A stretch of 64,000 nucleotides of DNA from contig JAZSKX010000018.1 of the NCBI GenBank assembly GCA_045535075.1, positions 308,146-372,145 of the forward strand, in the 5' to 3' direction. The notes beneath the pieces were generated by a model. The model was not told where the DNA came from and made no database searches. It saw nothing but the letters and a program-made list of their open reading frames with translations. The position numbers were made by a program, and so were the translations under genes. The DNA is from Candidatus Spyradenecus sp. GTDB lineage: Bacteria; Verrucomicrobiota; Verrucomicrobiia; Opitutales; UBA953. This document shows positions 40,611-50,797 of the stretch, piece by piece; the stretch's first letter is position 1; each line of letters opens with the position of its first letter.

Positions 40611-41450
40611 TTAGGCATCGGCAATGTTCCCGCCGGACTTGCCGAGGTAGCGTTTGAGCGCCGCCGTAATCGGGATTGAGGTTTTCGACAGTTCCGGGTC
40701 ATTAATGTCGCGGGGACGCGGCAAGTCGACGCGAAAATCCTGCCCGACGCGTCCGGGATTCGGCGAAAGCAAGACGATGCGGTCTCCCAGACATGCGGCT
40801 TCGCGGATATTGTGCGTTACGAAAATAATCGTTTTCTGGCGCTGAACGAAAATGCGTTGCAAGTCGCCGTAAAGCTGTTCCCGCGTGAGTGCGTCCAATG
40901 CGGAAAACGGCTCGTCCATAAGCAAAATCCTCGGATTCGGGGCAAGGGAACGCGCCAGCGCCACGCGTTGTTTCATTCCGCCGGAGAGCTGATGAATGTT
41001 GGATTTATAAAATTTCTCCAAGCCGACAAGACTTAAATAATACATCGCGACTTCGGCCCGCTCGGCGTTATTCAGATTCGGTTTCAGTCGCAAGCCGAAC
41101 ATAACGTTTTGCAGGACATCCAGCCACGGGAACAGAGCGGATTCCTGAAACATGACCATGCGATCGCGCCCGGGCCCGTGAATCGGCTCGCCGTCCATCA
41201 ACACTTCGCCTTCCGTCGGCGTATCCAACCCCGCAACGAGATTCAGAATTGTCGACTTTCCGCAACCGCTCGGCCCGACGAGGCAAACGAATTCGCCTTC
41301 GCCGATGTCAAGCGATACATTGTCGAGCGCAAGCACGGAGCCGTGACGGGAACGAAAAGTTTTACTGACGTTGCGCAAGCTGATTTTTGCCGCCGTCACG
41401 CATTCGCCGGCGATGCTCACCGGCTGGGGAGAAATGGGTTGAGAATTCAT
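40611..41450 (-). CDS. ABC transporter ATP-binding protein (SsuB/TauB/NitT-type)
   Basis: GPSGCGKST, LSGGMKQR, LLMDEPFSALD. Confidence 0.95.
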   Translation of the reverse strand: MNSQPISPQPVSIAGECVTAAKISLRNVSKTFRSRHGSVLALDNVSLDIGEGEFVCLVGPSGCGKSTILNLVAGLDTPTEGEVLMDGEPIHGPGRDRMVMFQESALFPWLDVLQNVMFGLRLKPNLNNAERAEVAMYYLSLVGLEKFYKSNIHQLSGGMKQRVALARSLAPNPRILLMDEPFSALDALTREQLYGDLQRIFVQRQKTIIFVTHNIREAACLGDRIVLLSPNPGRVGQDFRVDLPRPRDINDPELSKTSIPITAALKRYLGKSGGNIADA

Positions 41451-41651
41451 TTTCGGGGGAAGCTGAACGATTAAAACGCCGTAAAAAAATGCCGCGCTTC
41501 CCGTCAAAACGCAACGCCGAAAGACAAATTAAACACATCGCCCGCCAAACTTCCGACGACCCTGAAATTAAAGATGCGGCGGAAGAAAAAAACACCGGCA
41601 AGCGAAACTTAGTTTTGCGTTCCCGCGAGCGGCGCTGTTTGATTTCCGTCT

Positions 41652-43442
41652 GTGAAAAAAATAATTTCTTCCGCGATTCTAATGGCATCTATCGTTTTCC
41701 CCAGCCCGGACTCTTACGGGCAGAATGTTCCCGCGCAACCCTCGCCTGCCGCCTCCAACCCGCAACCGACAGCCGGCGGCGACTTCATCAACCTGCTCTT
41801 GCTTGCGGACCTTGCGCTGTATTCATACCCGGACGACATTCGAGACTGCGCCGGGCGGCTTGTCGAACGCGCAGAAGCCATTCCCGATCCCGCGTTGCGG
41901 CGCCTCATTGTTTTCTCGCTCTCAAAAATCATTAACGCCCCCGAGAAAGCGGAGGAAGCGCGGCGGGAACACATGACAAAAATCGGGCAGCATTTTTTTG
42001 AAGTCGCCGCAACCGCGCGCAAGGGCAATCGCGACGAAGACGCGCTCGCTGCCGTACAAATCGCGCTCAAATGCGCTCCCGGCAACGCTGAAGCCCGCAT
42101 GCTTTTTGCTTCGCTCATTGAGCCGAAAGCCGCGCTCCAAACACTTCATTACGGCATTCGATTTCTTGATTTAACTACGGATGTCGCGCCGGCTTATTTC
42201 AATCGCTACTTCGGCGCGCTTGCCGATTTGCAACAGGACCGCATCGCCGCCAAACAGGCCCTGGCGCTACTCGACGGCAAAAAATCCAACGGCAAACCGG
42301 CGCTCCCGCCCGCCGTCCGAACCGTCGTCGCCAATCATGCGGCAATGGCGCTCTTTTGGCTCGGCGAATACGACGCGGCACTGAAAATAATTGAAAGCGA
42401 AAAAATCTCCGAAACGCAGCAGGGACTGATTCTGAAATCACGCTGCCTTTTCGACCTGCGGCGTTCCCGTGAGGCAATCGCGTTGCTCAGCGGCAAGGTT
42501 AATGATTTCCCCGCGTCGAAACGCGACGTTATTTTGTCCCAACTGGCGCATTTCCACCAATACCTGGGAGACTTGGACGCCGCTTTGGAAACCGCGAACC
42601 GCCGCATCGAAGAGAATCCGACCGCATCGCAACCGTACCTTCATCGCCTTTACCTGCTCAATAAGCTCGGGAAAAAAGACGCCTTCAACGAAGAACTTGC
42701 CGCCGTTTTTAAAACTTTTTCGGCACAACAATCCGCGTTGATTTCGTTGGCAAATTTCTCCGCAGAAAACGGGAATCCCGCAATCGCGGAAACCTGCACG
42801 GCAATTGCCGTCGAAAAAAAGTTTCCGCCGAACATTTTTGTCGCCGCAACAATCGAAGCTTTCGTTACCGCAAAAATGCCGGAACAGGCAATCGACACTT
42901 ATCAGAAAATTTCCAAGGCCTCGCCGAAAATGCTCGAAGGCATGGAATCCGCAACAACGGCAATTCTTGCCGCCGCCTACACGCTCGCTGCCGAAAAAGC
43001 AGGCGACGATGCGGAAAATCGGACGCGTTTTGAAAGCCACGCCGATTTGTTGCTCGGACAATTCCTCGACGACACAACTCTCTCCCCGGAAAACTATATT
43101 TCCGTGAGTGCGCTTTTTGAACGCATCGGGCAAAACGAAACGGCGTTGAAAGTCGCTCGCTTCGGGCTCGCCGCGTTCCCGTGGCACGCACAGCTCCGCG
43201 CCAACACGATTATCCTGCGAATTCGTTGCGGGCAAATTGCGGGAACACGCGAGCAGACGCCGCTCTCAAAAGAAATTCGCGTCCTCGCCGGAATGCGTCG
43301 CCCGAACCCGAAAGTTTGGAGCATTGTCGCGCAATGGCTTGAAGCGACAAACCCGCTCTCGCAAAGCGAAATCGACACACTCAGGAAAATCGTCGCTCCG
43401 CTCGTCCGCGATGATTTGAGCTTGGAAATGGTCCGCGAATAG
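41652..43442 (+). CDS. Exported TPR-like helical-repeat protein
   Basis: Signal-like N-terminus and Ala/Leu-rich helical repeats such as LGEYDAALKII and LGDLDAALETANRRIEENP. Confidence 0.7.
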   Translation: MKKIISSAILMASIVFPSPDSYGQNVPAQPSPAASNPQPTAGGDFINLLLLADLALYSYPDDIRDCAGRLVERAEAIPDPALRRLIVFSLSKIINAPEKAEEARREHMTKIGQHFFEVAATARKGNRDEDALAAVQIALKCAPGNAEARMLFASLIEPKAALQTLHYGIRFLDLTTDVAPAYFNRYFGALADLQQDRIAAKQALALLDGKKSNGKPALPPAVRTVVANHAAMALFWLGEYDAALKIIESEKISETQQGLILKSRCLFDLRRSREAIALLSGKVNDFPASKRDVILSQLAHFHQYLGDLDAALETANRRIEENPTASQPYLHRLYLLNKLGKKDAFNEELAAVFKTFSAQQSALISLANFSAENGNPAIAETCTAIAVEKKFPPNIFVAATIEAFVTAKMPEQAIDTYQKISKASPKMLEGMESATTAILAAAYTLAAEKAGDDAENRTRFESHADLLLGQFLDDTTLSPENYISVSALFERIGQNETALKVARFGLAAFPWHAQLRANTIILRIRCGQIAGTREQTPLSKEIRVLAGMRRPNPKVWSIVAQWLEATNPLSQSEIDTLRKIVAPLVRDDLSLEMVRE

Positions 43443-43495
43443 GAAACAAAGCCGTTCGCTCCCGCTGCTTGCGACTAACTTAATCCCTCCCGCTC

Positions 43496-44272
43496 GTGGA
43501 CAATTCCGTCAACCTCACATTCTTTTCGCATCCGGAAATCGTACTTGATTATGCGCGGGCAGCGATAAATGTCGGGCTGTGGAATTCCGAAAAACAACTC
43601 TACAAAACATTCATTGCCCGGGACGCCGAAATCCTCGAACTCGGCGCCGGCGCCGGGCGCGTCTCCCTCGGGCTTGTACGCGAAGGATATTCAAAAATCA
43701 CCGTTACGGATTTCGCACCGCCGATGGTTGAAATCGCACAAACGATTTTTGAAGACGCCGCAATTCCGGCAAATGCAAGCATTCGTTTCGCCGTCGAGGA
43801 CGCCACGCAGATTTCGTTCCCGCAAAACAGCTTCGACGCCGTCATCTTCGCATTCAACGGCCTGCAAATGATTCCGAAGCAGGCACGGCGGGAACTGGCA
43901 ATTCGGGAAATCTCACGCATTCTGCGCCCCGGCGGAGTTTTTATTTTTACCGGACACGACCAAACACACGCCGCGCGGCGGGAACACTGGGACTCGGAGC
44001 GTTCCCGTTGGGAAAATAACGAACGCGATCCCGCACTCGATGATTTCGGCGACTACAACCATGCCACGCCGCAAGGCGCAATGTTTATCCACGCCGCCGT
44101 TCCCGCGCAAATGCGGCAAATCCTCGAAGCAAACGGCTTTGAGGTCGAATTTTCCGAGTTGCGCTCCCGTTTCGCAACCGAGCCGCCCGCCGTCCTCGAT
44201 TTTTCCGACGACACGCGATTTTGGGTCGCACGAAAATGTTCCCGCAATTCGCACGGGAACGAAGAAATTTGA
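43496..44272 (+). CDS. Class I SAM-dependent methyltransferase
   Basis: ILELGAGAG, SFDAVIF, RILRPGG. Confidence 0.9.
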   Translation: MDNSVNLTFFSHPEIVLDYARAAINVGLWNSEKQLYKTFIARDAEILELGAGAGRVSLGLVREGYSKITVTDFAPPMVEIAQTIFEDAAIPANASIRFAVEDATQISFPQNSFDAVIFAFNGLQMIPKQARRELAIREISRILRPGGVFIFTGHDQTHAARREHWDSERSRWENNERDPALDDFGDYNHATPQGAMFIHAAVPAQMRQILEANGFEVEFSELRSRFATEPPAVLDFSDDTRFWVARKCSRNSHGNEEI

Positions 44273-44551
44273 ATCCTGCGACGAAAATAGGTACGCGTAC
44301 ATAGCACCGTGTCTCCGCCTCCAATACGTGTAGGTGTTTGTAAAAAAATAGAGTTTTTTACAATGACGCATTACAAAAACCGCCGGATTTTCCGTGGTTA
44401 AAAATTTTGTTGCCGACGGTTTTGTAAACCGCGGGAACGAGGGATTCGGAATTTACTAATCGCGATTTTGGATTCACACTCTTCAGAAAATGAATTTTGT
44501 CGGGCAATGCTTTATAGACAAGTTCGCTTGATTCTCCCGCTTTAAACAATC

Positions 44552-45358
44552 ATGGAAAAAACATTTTTTCTTGAACGCAGTTGCGCAATCCTGAACGAGA
44601 TTCGGGAACGCTCGCCGCTGGTGCTCTGCTTAACGAATTCGGTCGTCCGGCCGATTACGGCAAATCTTCTGCTCGCAGCGGGCGCGGCGCCCGTCATGCT
44701 CAGCGACGAATCCGAAGTACGGGAACTTGTCGCTTGCGGTGCCGCAAATGCGCTTTTGATTAACCTCGGGACGCTTTCGGAAGCACAGGCGCAGACGATG
44801 CGCGCCGCCGTCGAAAGCGCGGGAACGCGTGTTCCGTGGGTGCTTGATCCCGTTGCTGTCGGAGCATTGAGTCTGCGAACACGCTTTGCCGGGGAAATGC
44901 TGGCGAAAAAACCGACGATGATTCGCGGGAACGCCTCCGAGATTTTGGCGCTTGCCGGCTTTGAGGCTTCAGCCCGCGGTCCCGAAAGTACCTGCGGCAG
45001 CGAAGCGGCAATCGAAGCCGCGCAAAAACTCGCCGCCGAAAGCGGAGCCGTCGTGCTTGTAACGGGAGCGGTAGACTATGCGACGGACGGGCGGCGAATT
45101 ATCGCGCTCGGGAACGGGAACGTGTTAGCGACGCGCGTTACCGGCGCCGGGTGCTCGATGGGCGCGCTTGCCGCCGCCTGCCTCGCCGTCGCGGAAACGC
45201 CGCTTGAAGCGGCGGTTGCCAACGCGCTGATAATGGGTGTTATCGGCGACATTGCAGCGGAATCATCGCGCGGTCCCGGCACGTTTTCTTCTGCGCTTCT
45301 CGACGCTCTCTACAATCTTTCCGAGGCAGACATGCGTTCCCGCGCCCGCATTTTGTGA
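44552..45358 (+). CDS. thiM: Hydroxyethylthiazole kinase
   Basis: PLVLCLTNSV, INLGTL, VLDPVAVG, IRGNASEI, VTGAGC. Confidence 0.95.
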   Translation: MEKTFFLERSCAILNEIRERSPLVLCLTNSVVRPITANLLLAAGAAPVMLSDESEVRELVACGAANALLINLGTLSEAQAQTMRAAVESAGTRVPWVLDPVAVGALSLRTRFAGEMLAKKPTMIRGNASEILALAGFEASARGPESTCGSEAAIEAAQKLAAESGAVVLVTGAVDYATDGRRIIALGNGNVLATRVTGAGCSMGALAAACLAVAETPLEAAVANALIMGVIGDIAAESSRGPGTFSSALLDALYNLSEADMRSRARIL

Positions 45359-45457
45359 GCATTAACAGAGGTCGCTCCCGGCAATTAAAGCCCGAAAACC
45401 GACAATTCACGCTTAGCGAACAAACCCTCCTCCACTTTTCCACTCTTCCACTTTTCC

Positions 45458-46081
45458 ATGAACCCTCATTTCGACCTGAATCTTTATCTTGTTACCGACA
45501 TTCCCGCGCGTTGCACTCTGCCGCTCGCGGAAACGGTCGAAGCCGCGATTGCCGGCGGCGTAAGCATTGTTCAGTATCGCAGTGAACATGCCTACGGCGG
45601 CGCGGCTTATCGCGAAGCGCTTCCGATTGCGGCTGTCTGTCGGAAAAACGGAATTCCGTTTATCGTCAACGATCGCATCGACCTTGCCTTAGCGCTGGAT
45701 GCAGACGGCGTTCACATCGGGCAACGCGATTTCCCGCCGGAAGTCGCACGACGCATTTTGGGGCCGGGGAAAATTATCGGTTTTTCCTGTTCGAGCCTCA
45801 GCGAAGTGCGCGCGGTTGACGAAAAGCTTGTAGATTACCTCGGTTTAGGCCCGGTGTTCCCGACGCAGACGAAAACCGATGCCGCTCCCGCGATGGGGCT
45901 GGAAGAACTGGCGCTTTGCGCTTCGGCGACGCCGCTTCCGGTCGTCGCCATCGGCGGAATCAACGCCGGGAATGCGCATAGTGTTCGTGCTGCGGGAACG
46001 CAGATGGGCCTTGCCGTTGTTTCCGCAATCTGCGCGGCTCCCGACCCGCGTCTTGCTGCCGAAGCTCTGCGGGAACGCTGA
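45458..46081 (+). CDS. thiE: Thiamine-phosphate synthase
   Basis: LYLVTD, IVNDRIDLA, GVHIGQ.D, GPVFPTQTK, VAIGGIN. Confidence 0.97.
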   Translation: MNPHFDLNLYLVTDIPARCTLPLAETVEAAIAGGVSIVQYRSEHAYGGAAYREALPIAAVCRKNGIPFIVNDRIDLALALDADGVHIGQRDFPPEVARRILGPGKIIGFSCSSLSEVRAVDEKLVDYLGLGPVFPTQTKTDAAPAMGLEELALCASATPLPVVAIGGINAGNAHSVRAAGTQMGLAVVSAICAAPDPRLAAEALRER

Positions 46082-46177
46082 ATTCTTCGTTGCTTCAAGG
46101 GAAGCGAAAGTCAATAATCTACGCGTTATTTTTAACATATTTTCCCTATCGAAGTTCAAAATTCTATTTTTATAAAA

Positions 46178-47248
46178 ATGGCTACCAAATTATTTATTCC
46201 CGGTCCGACGGAAGTCGCACCCGAAGTGCTCGCCGCGATGTCGCTCCCGATGATGGGGCACCGTTCGAAAGTCGCTTCCGAACTGCAACGCCGCATTTCC
46301 GACAATCTGCGCCGCATCCTGCTCACGAAAAACGAAATCCTGCTCTCGACTTCCTCGGGAACGGGCTTTATGGAAGGCGCCGTGCGCTCCTGCACCGCCA
46401 AGCGCGCCGCGATGTTCTCCGTCGGAGCCTTCGGAAAAAAATGGTATAAAATCGCCAAAATGAACGGCATTCCCTCGGACTTTTTTGAAAGCGAGCCGGG
46501 CGAACCGACCACGCCGGAAATGGTTGACGCCGCCCTTTCCACGGGAAAATACGACACGGTTTGCATCACGCACAACGAAACTTCCACCGGGATTCAAAAC
46601 CCGTTTGAAGAAATCGCCGAAGTGATGAAAAAATACCCGGACGTCGTTTGGTGCGCAGACGCGGTTTCCTCCGCCGCCGGAGCAAAAATCGAAACTGACA
46701 AGCTCGGCGTGGACGTGCTCGTTACCTCGACACAAAAAGCACTCGCGCTCCCGCCCGGCATGGCGATTTGTGCGCTTTCGCAAAAAGCCTACGAACGCAC
46801 GGCGAAAGTTGAAAACCGCGGCTGCTACTTCGATTTGCGCGACATTTACGACGTCATTCAGAAGAAAGATTACCAATACACGAACACGCCCTGCGTTTCA
46901 ATTATGTATGCGATGGATTTACAGCTTCAACGCATCATGCAGGAAGGCGTTGAAAACCGCTTCAAGCGCCACGAGGAAATGGCGGCGTTCGTTCGTGCGT
47001 GGGCGGACGAATATTTCGGCATTTTCTCCAACCGAAAATACTTGTCAAAAACGCTGACCGTCATCAAAAACACGCGCGGCATCAGCGTTGCCGACCTGAA
47101 CAAAGAACTCATCAAACGCGGGATGCAGCTCGGGAACGGCTACGGAGACTTTAAGGAAAAGACGTTCCGCATCGCGCACATGGGCGAGCTTCAGATGTCC
47201 GACATGCGCGCCATTACGGAAAACATCGTCGATATTCTCGGCTTGTAA
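46178..47248 (+). CDS. Class V PLP aminotransferase (alanine-glyoxylate/serine-pyruvate family)
   Basis: FIPGPT, HNETSTG, DAVSS, STQKALALPPG, FRIAHMG. Confidence 0.92.
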   Translation: MATKLFIPGPTEVAPEVLAAMSLPMMGHRSKVASELQRRISDNLRRILLTKNEILLSTSSGTGFMEGAVRSCTAKRAAMFSVGAFGKKWYKIAKMNGIPSDFFESEPGEPTTPEMVDAALSTGKYDTVCITHNETSTGIQNPFEEIAEVMKKYPDVVWCADAVSSAAGAKIETDKLGVDVLVTSTQKALALPPGMAICALSQKAYERTAKVENRGCYFDLRDIYDVIQKKDYQYTNTPCVSIMYAMDLQLQRIMQEGVENRFKRHEEMAAFVRAWADEYFGIFSNRKYLSKTLTVIKNTRGISVADLNKELIKRGMQLGNGYGDFKEKTFRIAHMGELQMSDMRAITENIVDILGL

Positions 47249-47285
47249 ATTCCGGAGCTTCTTCAAGCCCTCAAGTTTTCCGACA

Positions 47286-47323
47286 AAAAAGCGTTCCCGC
47301 GAAAAATTGCGGGAACGCTTTTT
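47286..47323. terminator. Bidirectional terminator formed by an inverted GCGTTCCCGC pair
   Basis: AAAAAGCGTTCCCGC-GAAAAATT-GCGGGAACGCTTTTT between convergent genes. Confidence 0.88.
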
Positions 47324-47340
47324 ATTTACGACGTTTTTAA

Positions 47341-49215
47341 TTACTCGTCGGAATCTTTGGCGGGCGTTTCATCGCGCTGAAGAGTCAACTTCGAAGGCGC
47401 CTGCATTTCCCGCGGCTGGGCGAAGATTTGGTAAGTCAGAAGTTTTTCCATCGGAACGGAGGCTCCGACAGCCATTCCGTTAAATTCCGCTTCATCCGGA
47501 ACCAAAAGACAAATATTTTTCGGGGTTTTCGCCCGCGGATCAGCCTCCCCGACACGTTCAACCTCAATGTAATTAAGCGTCGGCGACTTGCGCGTGATTT
47601 TCACGGGTTTGCGTTGAATTTTACCCATTGCGTAATAAGTCTTTCCGCCGACGGTAATTTTCTTCGCAACGCTGTATTTCTCGTCGAGCAAACGATCTTC
47701 GGGTTTAACACGTTCGCGCTCGACTTTTCCCGCCGAAAACGCTTTGACATCGCGCCCGCCGTCAGCCGGCTTCAATTTCAAATCGTCGGGAATAAACAAC
47801 GTGACGTTCTTTACCTGAACGCGCAGACACATCCCGCGGTCGTTGTCGCGAGCAATACGGAACGAGCCGTCTTCTTCCAACGGATAAGCATTCATCGCGG
47901 GAACTTCAAATTCTCCCAGCAGTGTCGCGTTGTTTTTATCCGTGAAATTTTTCCAAAGTTCATCACGATAAGCTTGCGAATAGTTAATCCGATTCTTATC
48001 CACGAACTCCTGAAACTTATCAAGGAACGGCGGCATTTCATGAACACACCAACGGACGACCGCAAGCTTTGACGGGCTATCCTTGGGCATGTTTTCGATT
48101 TCTTTTTTCAGCTTGGAGGAATTCAGTTTTGAAATTAGCTCCTTTGACGGATTTCGGGTAAGCAGGCGCTCTTTTTCCTCCGGACGATAGAAACGCCCTT
48201 GGCTGTCTTGGCGATAAATTTCCTGTTCGAGCAAACGCGCCCAACGTGCCGGTTGCTCGGCGATGTCCTCGGCTTTGAGTTTAGAAAGCCAATCGTTCAA
48301 ACGGCCGGAAAGCATTTTCACTCCGTCCGGGCTCGGGAGCGCGGGAGCAAGCTCTTCGACCGCTTTTGCCGCCAATTCCTCATCCGTCCAAAGCGGATTT
48401 TTCAATTGTTCGAGCAGTTCGACTTCTTCCTGAAGAATTTTCTTCACATCATTTGAGACCCGCGGAACAAAGAAAATGTCGATGCTGTCCGGCTTCATTC
48501 CCTCGGGGAGAATTGCGGACAGAAGCGGCGTTGCATCCACTTTGCCGGAAATAAACGTGCTTTGTTCCTTCGGAATGTAAACCTGCTTGAGGAAATCCCG
48601 GCGCGGATCTTTTCCGCCGTTGGGCATTTTAAATTCGAGCGCGTTAATTTCTTCGCGGAATTTTTCAAGGTCTTCGATGTCTTTCGCCGTCGAACGGATT
48701 GTTTTCGGATATTCTTCGTTCGGCGCAACCATCATTTCCGTAATCGGAGCGAGCAGCCCGCGATTGATTCCGCTGAGTTTTACACTATCGAGCGTAAAGA
48801 AGATTCCACCGAAAACGAGAAAGAATGCGCCGACGCCAATCCCGATTTTCATGTATTTTTTGTGAGCCAAAGCCCGTTCGTAGTCGGCAATCGCCGTCGC
48901 CGCTTCTTTCGGGGAAAACTTGTCTACGGAGATTGCGTCTGCCAAATCATAGAGCATCAGCTTTTTCCGCACCTCCGGATCCAGTTTTTCCTGACGCGCT
49001 TCGCGAAGCCGCTGTTCTTCGGCTTCCGTCTTGCGGGAAAGCCGCACGCCCATCCGGATGTTAAAAACATCTTTTGCCGGCTTCCATTCCGTATCTCCCG
49101 GAGCCGCAATCAGCACATCTGCGGGAAGCTCTCCGCTCTTGATTTTTGCTTCAATTTCCTGTTGCGGAAGCGGTCCGGCAACAGCGTCGTCGATGAAAAG
49201 CGAATACTCTTTCAT
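47341..49215 (-). CDS. Hypothetical membrane-anchored protein with N-terminal GYF_2-like domain
   Basis: YSLFIDDAVAGP...GELPADVLI..PGDTEWKP pattern; one TM segment near residues 123-140; large C-terminal region. Confidence 0.7.
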   Translation of the reverse strand: MKEYSLFIDDAVAGPLPQQEIEAKIKSGELPADVLIAAPGDTEWKPAKDVFNIRMGVRLSRKTEAEEQRLREARQEKLDPEVRKKLMLYDLADAISVDKFSPKEAATAIADYERALAHKKYMKIGIGVGAFFLVFGGIFFTLDSVKLSGINRGLLAPITEMMVAPNEEYPKTIRSTAKDIEDLEKFREEINALEFKMPNGGKDPRRDFLKQVYIPKEQSTFISGKVDATPLLSAILPEGMKPDSIDIFFVPRVSNDVKKILQEEVELLEQLKNPLWTDEELAAKAVEELAPALPSPDGVKMLSGRLNDWLSKLKAEDIAEQPARWARLLEQEIYRQDSQGRFYRPEEKERLLTRNPSKELISKLNSSKLKKEIENMPKDSPSKLAVVRWCVHEMPPFLDKFQEFVDKNRINYSQAYRDELWKNFTDKNNATLLGEFEVPAMNAYPLEEDGSFRIARDNDRGMCLRVQVKNVTLFIPDDLKLKPADGGRDVKAFSAGKVERERVKPEDRLLDEKYSVAKKITVGGKTYYAMGKIQRKPVKITRKSPTLNYIEVERVGEADPRAKTPKNICLLVPDEAEFNGMAVGASVPMEKLLTYQIFAQPREMQAPSKLTLQRDETPAKDSDE

Positions 49216-49300
49216 GGGATTTCTTAAGAAACGAATAGGTTGTTGGGTCGTGTGTGTGGGGGAGATTTTTCTCTAGATTATGTTCAAGCCTACAAGCGAA

Positions 49301-50797
49301 TCAAGGCATTTTCGCGGGAACGAGCGCCCGGATTTCAGGTAAAATTTCTCCGGAAATAACCGCCGCACGCGTAATCGCGTAGGTAATTTCAACCATCTTC
49401 GGACGCCGCATCGGCATAAACCAGTATTGATAGACACCGGGACGGACGACGACGATGCTTTCGGGCAACATTTCCTCGCCGCAGTCGGTTTTTACGCGGT
49501 AGGGCTGCCAAAAAAGCGCTTCGGGCGCCGAAAGATTTGCCGTTCCCGCGATTTCAATAACAAGTGCCGGAACATCATTCGCGATTAGGCGAGCATAATC
49601 TTCTTCCAAAAACGCCCGCACGCGCACGTAAGTTCCGCCGAAACGAACCACCGAAGCGCTTCGTGAAATTTTGAGCGACGGGAAGCGATGAATTTCCTCC
49701 GGACGAAATCCCATGCGCCGCACCAACGTCGCCTTTACGTTCCATTTTTCGCCTGCTTGCGGGAAAAGCGTTTTCGCAATCGGGACCTGCAACGTATTTC
49801 CCTTGAGAGTTCCGAAGGTTTCGTCTTCGAGGAAACGCACATTGGAATGGAATGCGTCCGGCTCTTCCCAAAGGCTGTCCTGCGGGAACGCTCCGTTGCT
49901 TGAACCAAGCAAAATGTTTTCGAGACGCCAAGCGTCGAACGGAATCCCCGACGGCTCGCCAAGGGAAATTTCCAGTTCGCCGAACGCTTCCCGGTTTTCA
50001 AGCGACGACGAATAAAAGCGCGATTGCGGCGGCTCCCGCAAAGCGACGATCGTCGCGGCGGGAACGATTGTCGGTAAAGAATCCGCCTCCTCGCGTTGAG
50101 CCTCGGAAAGGCGGGCTCCGGGCAAAACTTCCTGCGGCAACGCAGTCGGGTTCAGCTTGCAGTCAAACGCGATATTCCCGATGCGGGACCACGTTCCGTC
50201 GTTCCCGCGGGCGGCGATTTCCAAGCGAAACTTTCCGGCGTTCGGCGGGCGCCTCAAAATCGGAAGCGCGCAAATTGCGTCGCCGGTCTGCGCGCGAAAA
50301 ATCGTTTGCAAATGCGGTGAAATTTGCGCGGAAAATCCGTTTTCGTCAGCGATGGAAAAGGCAAATTTTCCCGGATCGAAAAAAGCTTTTCCGAGCGTTT
50401 CGAAGCCCAAGTCTTTCGCTTCGGTCGTTCTCCCGTCCGCATAAATCCAAATAAACGGAACGCTTCCGAATTCGGCGGCGCGCTCTTCGTCGTCATACAA
50501 AACTTCTGCGAGTTTTTTCATTGCCTCTGCGCGCGCGGGAACGAGGGCGAGCCCCATTTTTGCCATGCGCACGGAGAAATTATTTCCGGAGAAACTTTCC
50601 CGAACGCTTCCCGCCTGTTCGATGCCGAGCACGGCGAAAAAGACTTCATCCGTCTTGCAGGACTCGCGGAAACGTTCGTCCCAAAGCACAAAGCAAAAAA
50701 CGGCGGCGATAATCAGTCCCGCGCCAACCCACATGCGCAGAATGATATTTTTAGGCGGATTAACGATACGATCGATGGAGCCCATGAATTTTATCAA
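49301..50797 (-). CDS. Hypothetical protein with N-terminal membrane anchor
   Basis: 498-aa ORF overlapping the upstream stop; hydrophobic N-terminal segment; start could be ATG 50785. Confidence 0.7.
   Translation of the reverse strand: MIKFMGSIDRIVNPPKNIILRMWVGAGLIIAAVFCFVLWDERFRESCKTDEVFFAVLGIEQAGSVRESFSGNNFSVRMAKMGLALVPARAEAMKKLAEVLYDDEERAAEFGSVPFIWIYADGRTTEAKDLGFETLGKAFFDPGKFAFSIADENGFSAQISPHLQTIFRAQTGDAICALPILRRPPNAGKFRLEIAARGNDGTWSRIGNIAFDCKLNPTALPQEVLPGARLSEAQREEADSLPTIVPAATIVALREPPQSRFYSSSLENREAFGELEISLGEPSGIPFDAWRLENILLGSSNGAFPQDSLWEEPDAFHSNVRFLEDETFGTLKGNTLQVPIAKTLFPQAGEKWNVKATLVRRMGFRPEEIHRFPSLKISRSASVVRFGGTYVRVRAFLEEDYARLIANDVPALVIEIAGTANLSAPEALFWQPYRVKTDCGEEMLPESIVVVRPGVYQYWFMPMRRPKMVEITYAITRAAVISGEILPEIRALVPAKMP

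Noticed and set aside
45431..45457. Three CCACTYTT units before thiE
   Set aside because: Too short and low in complexity to support any function.
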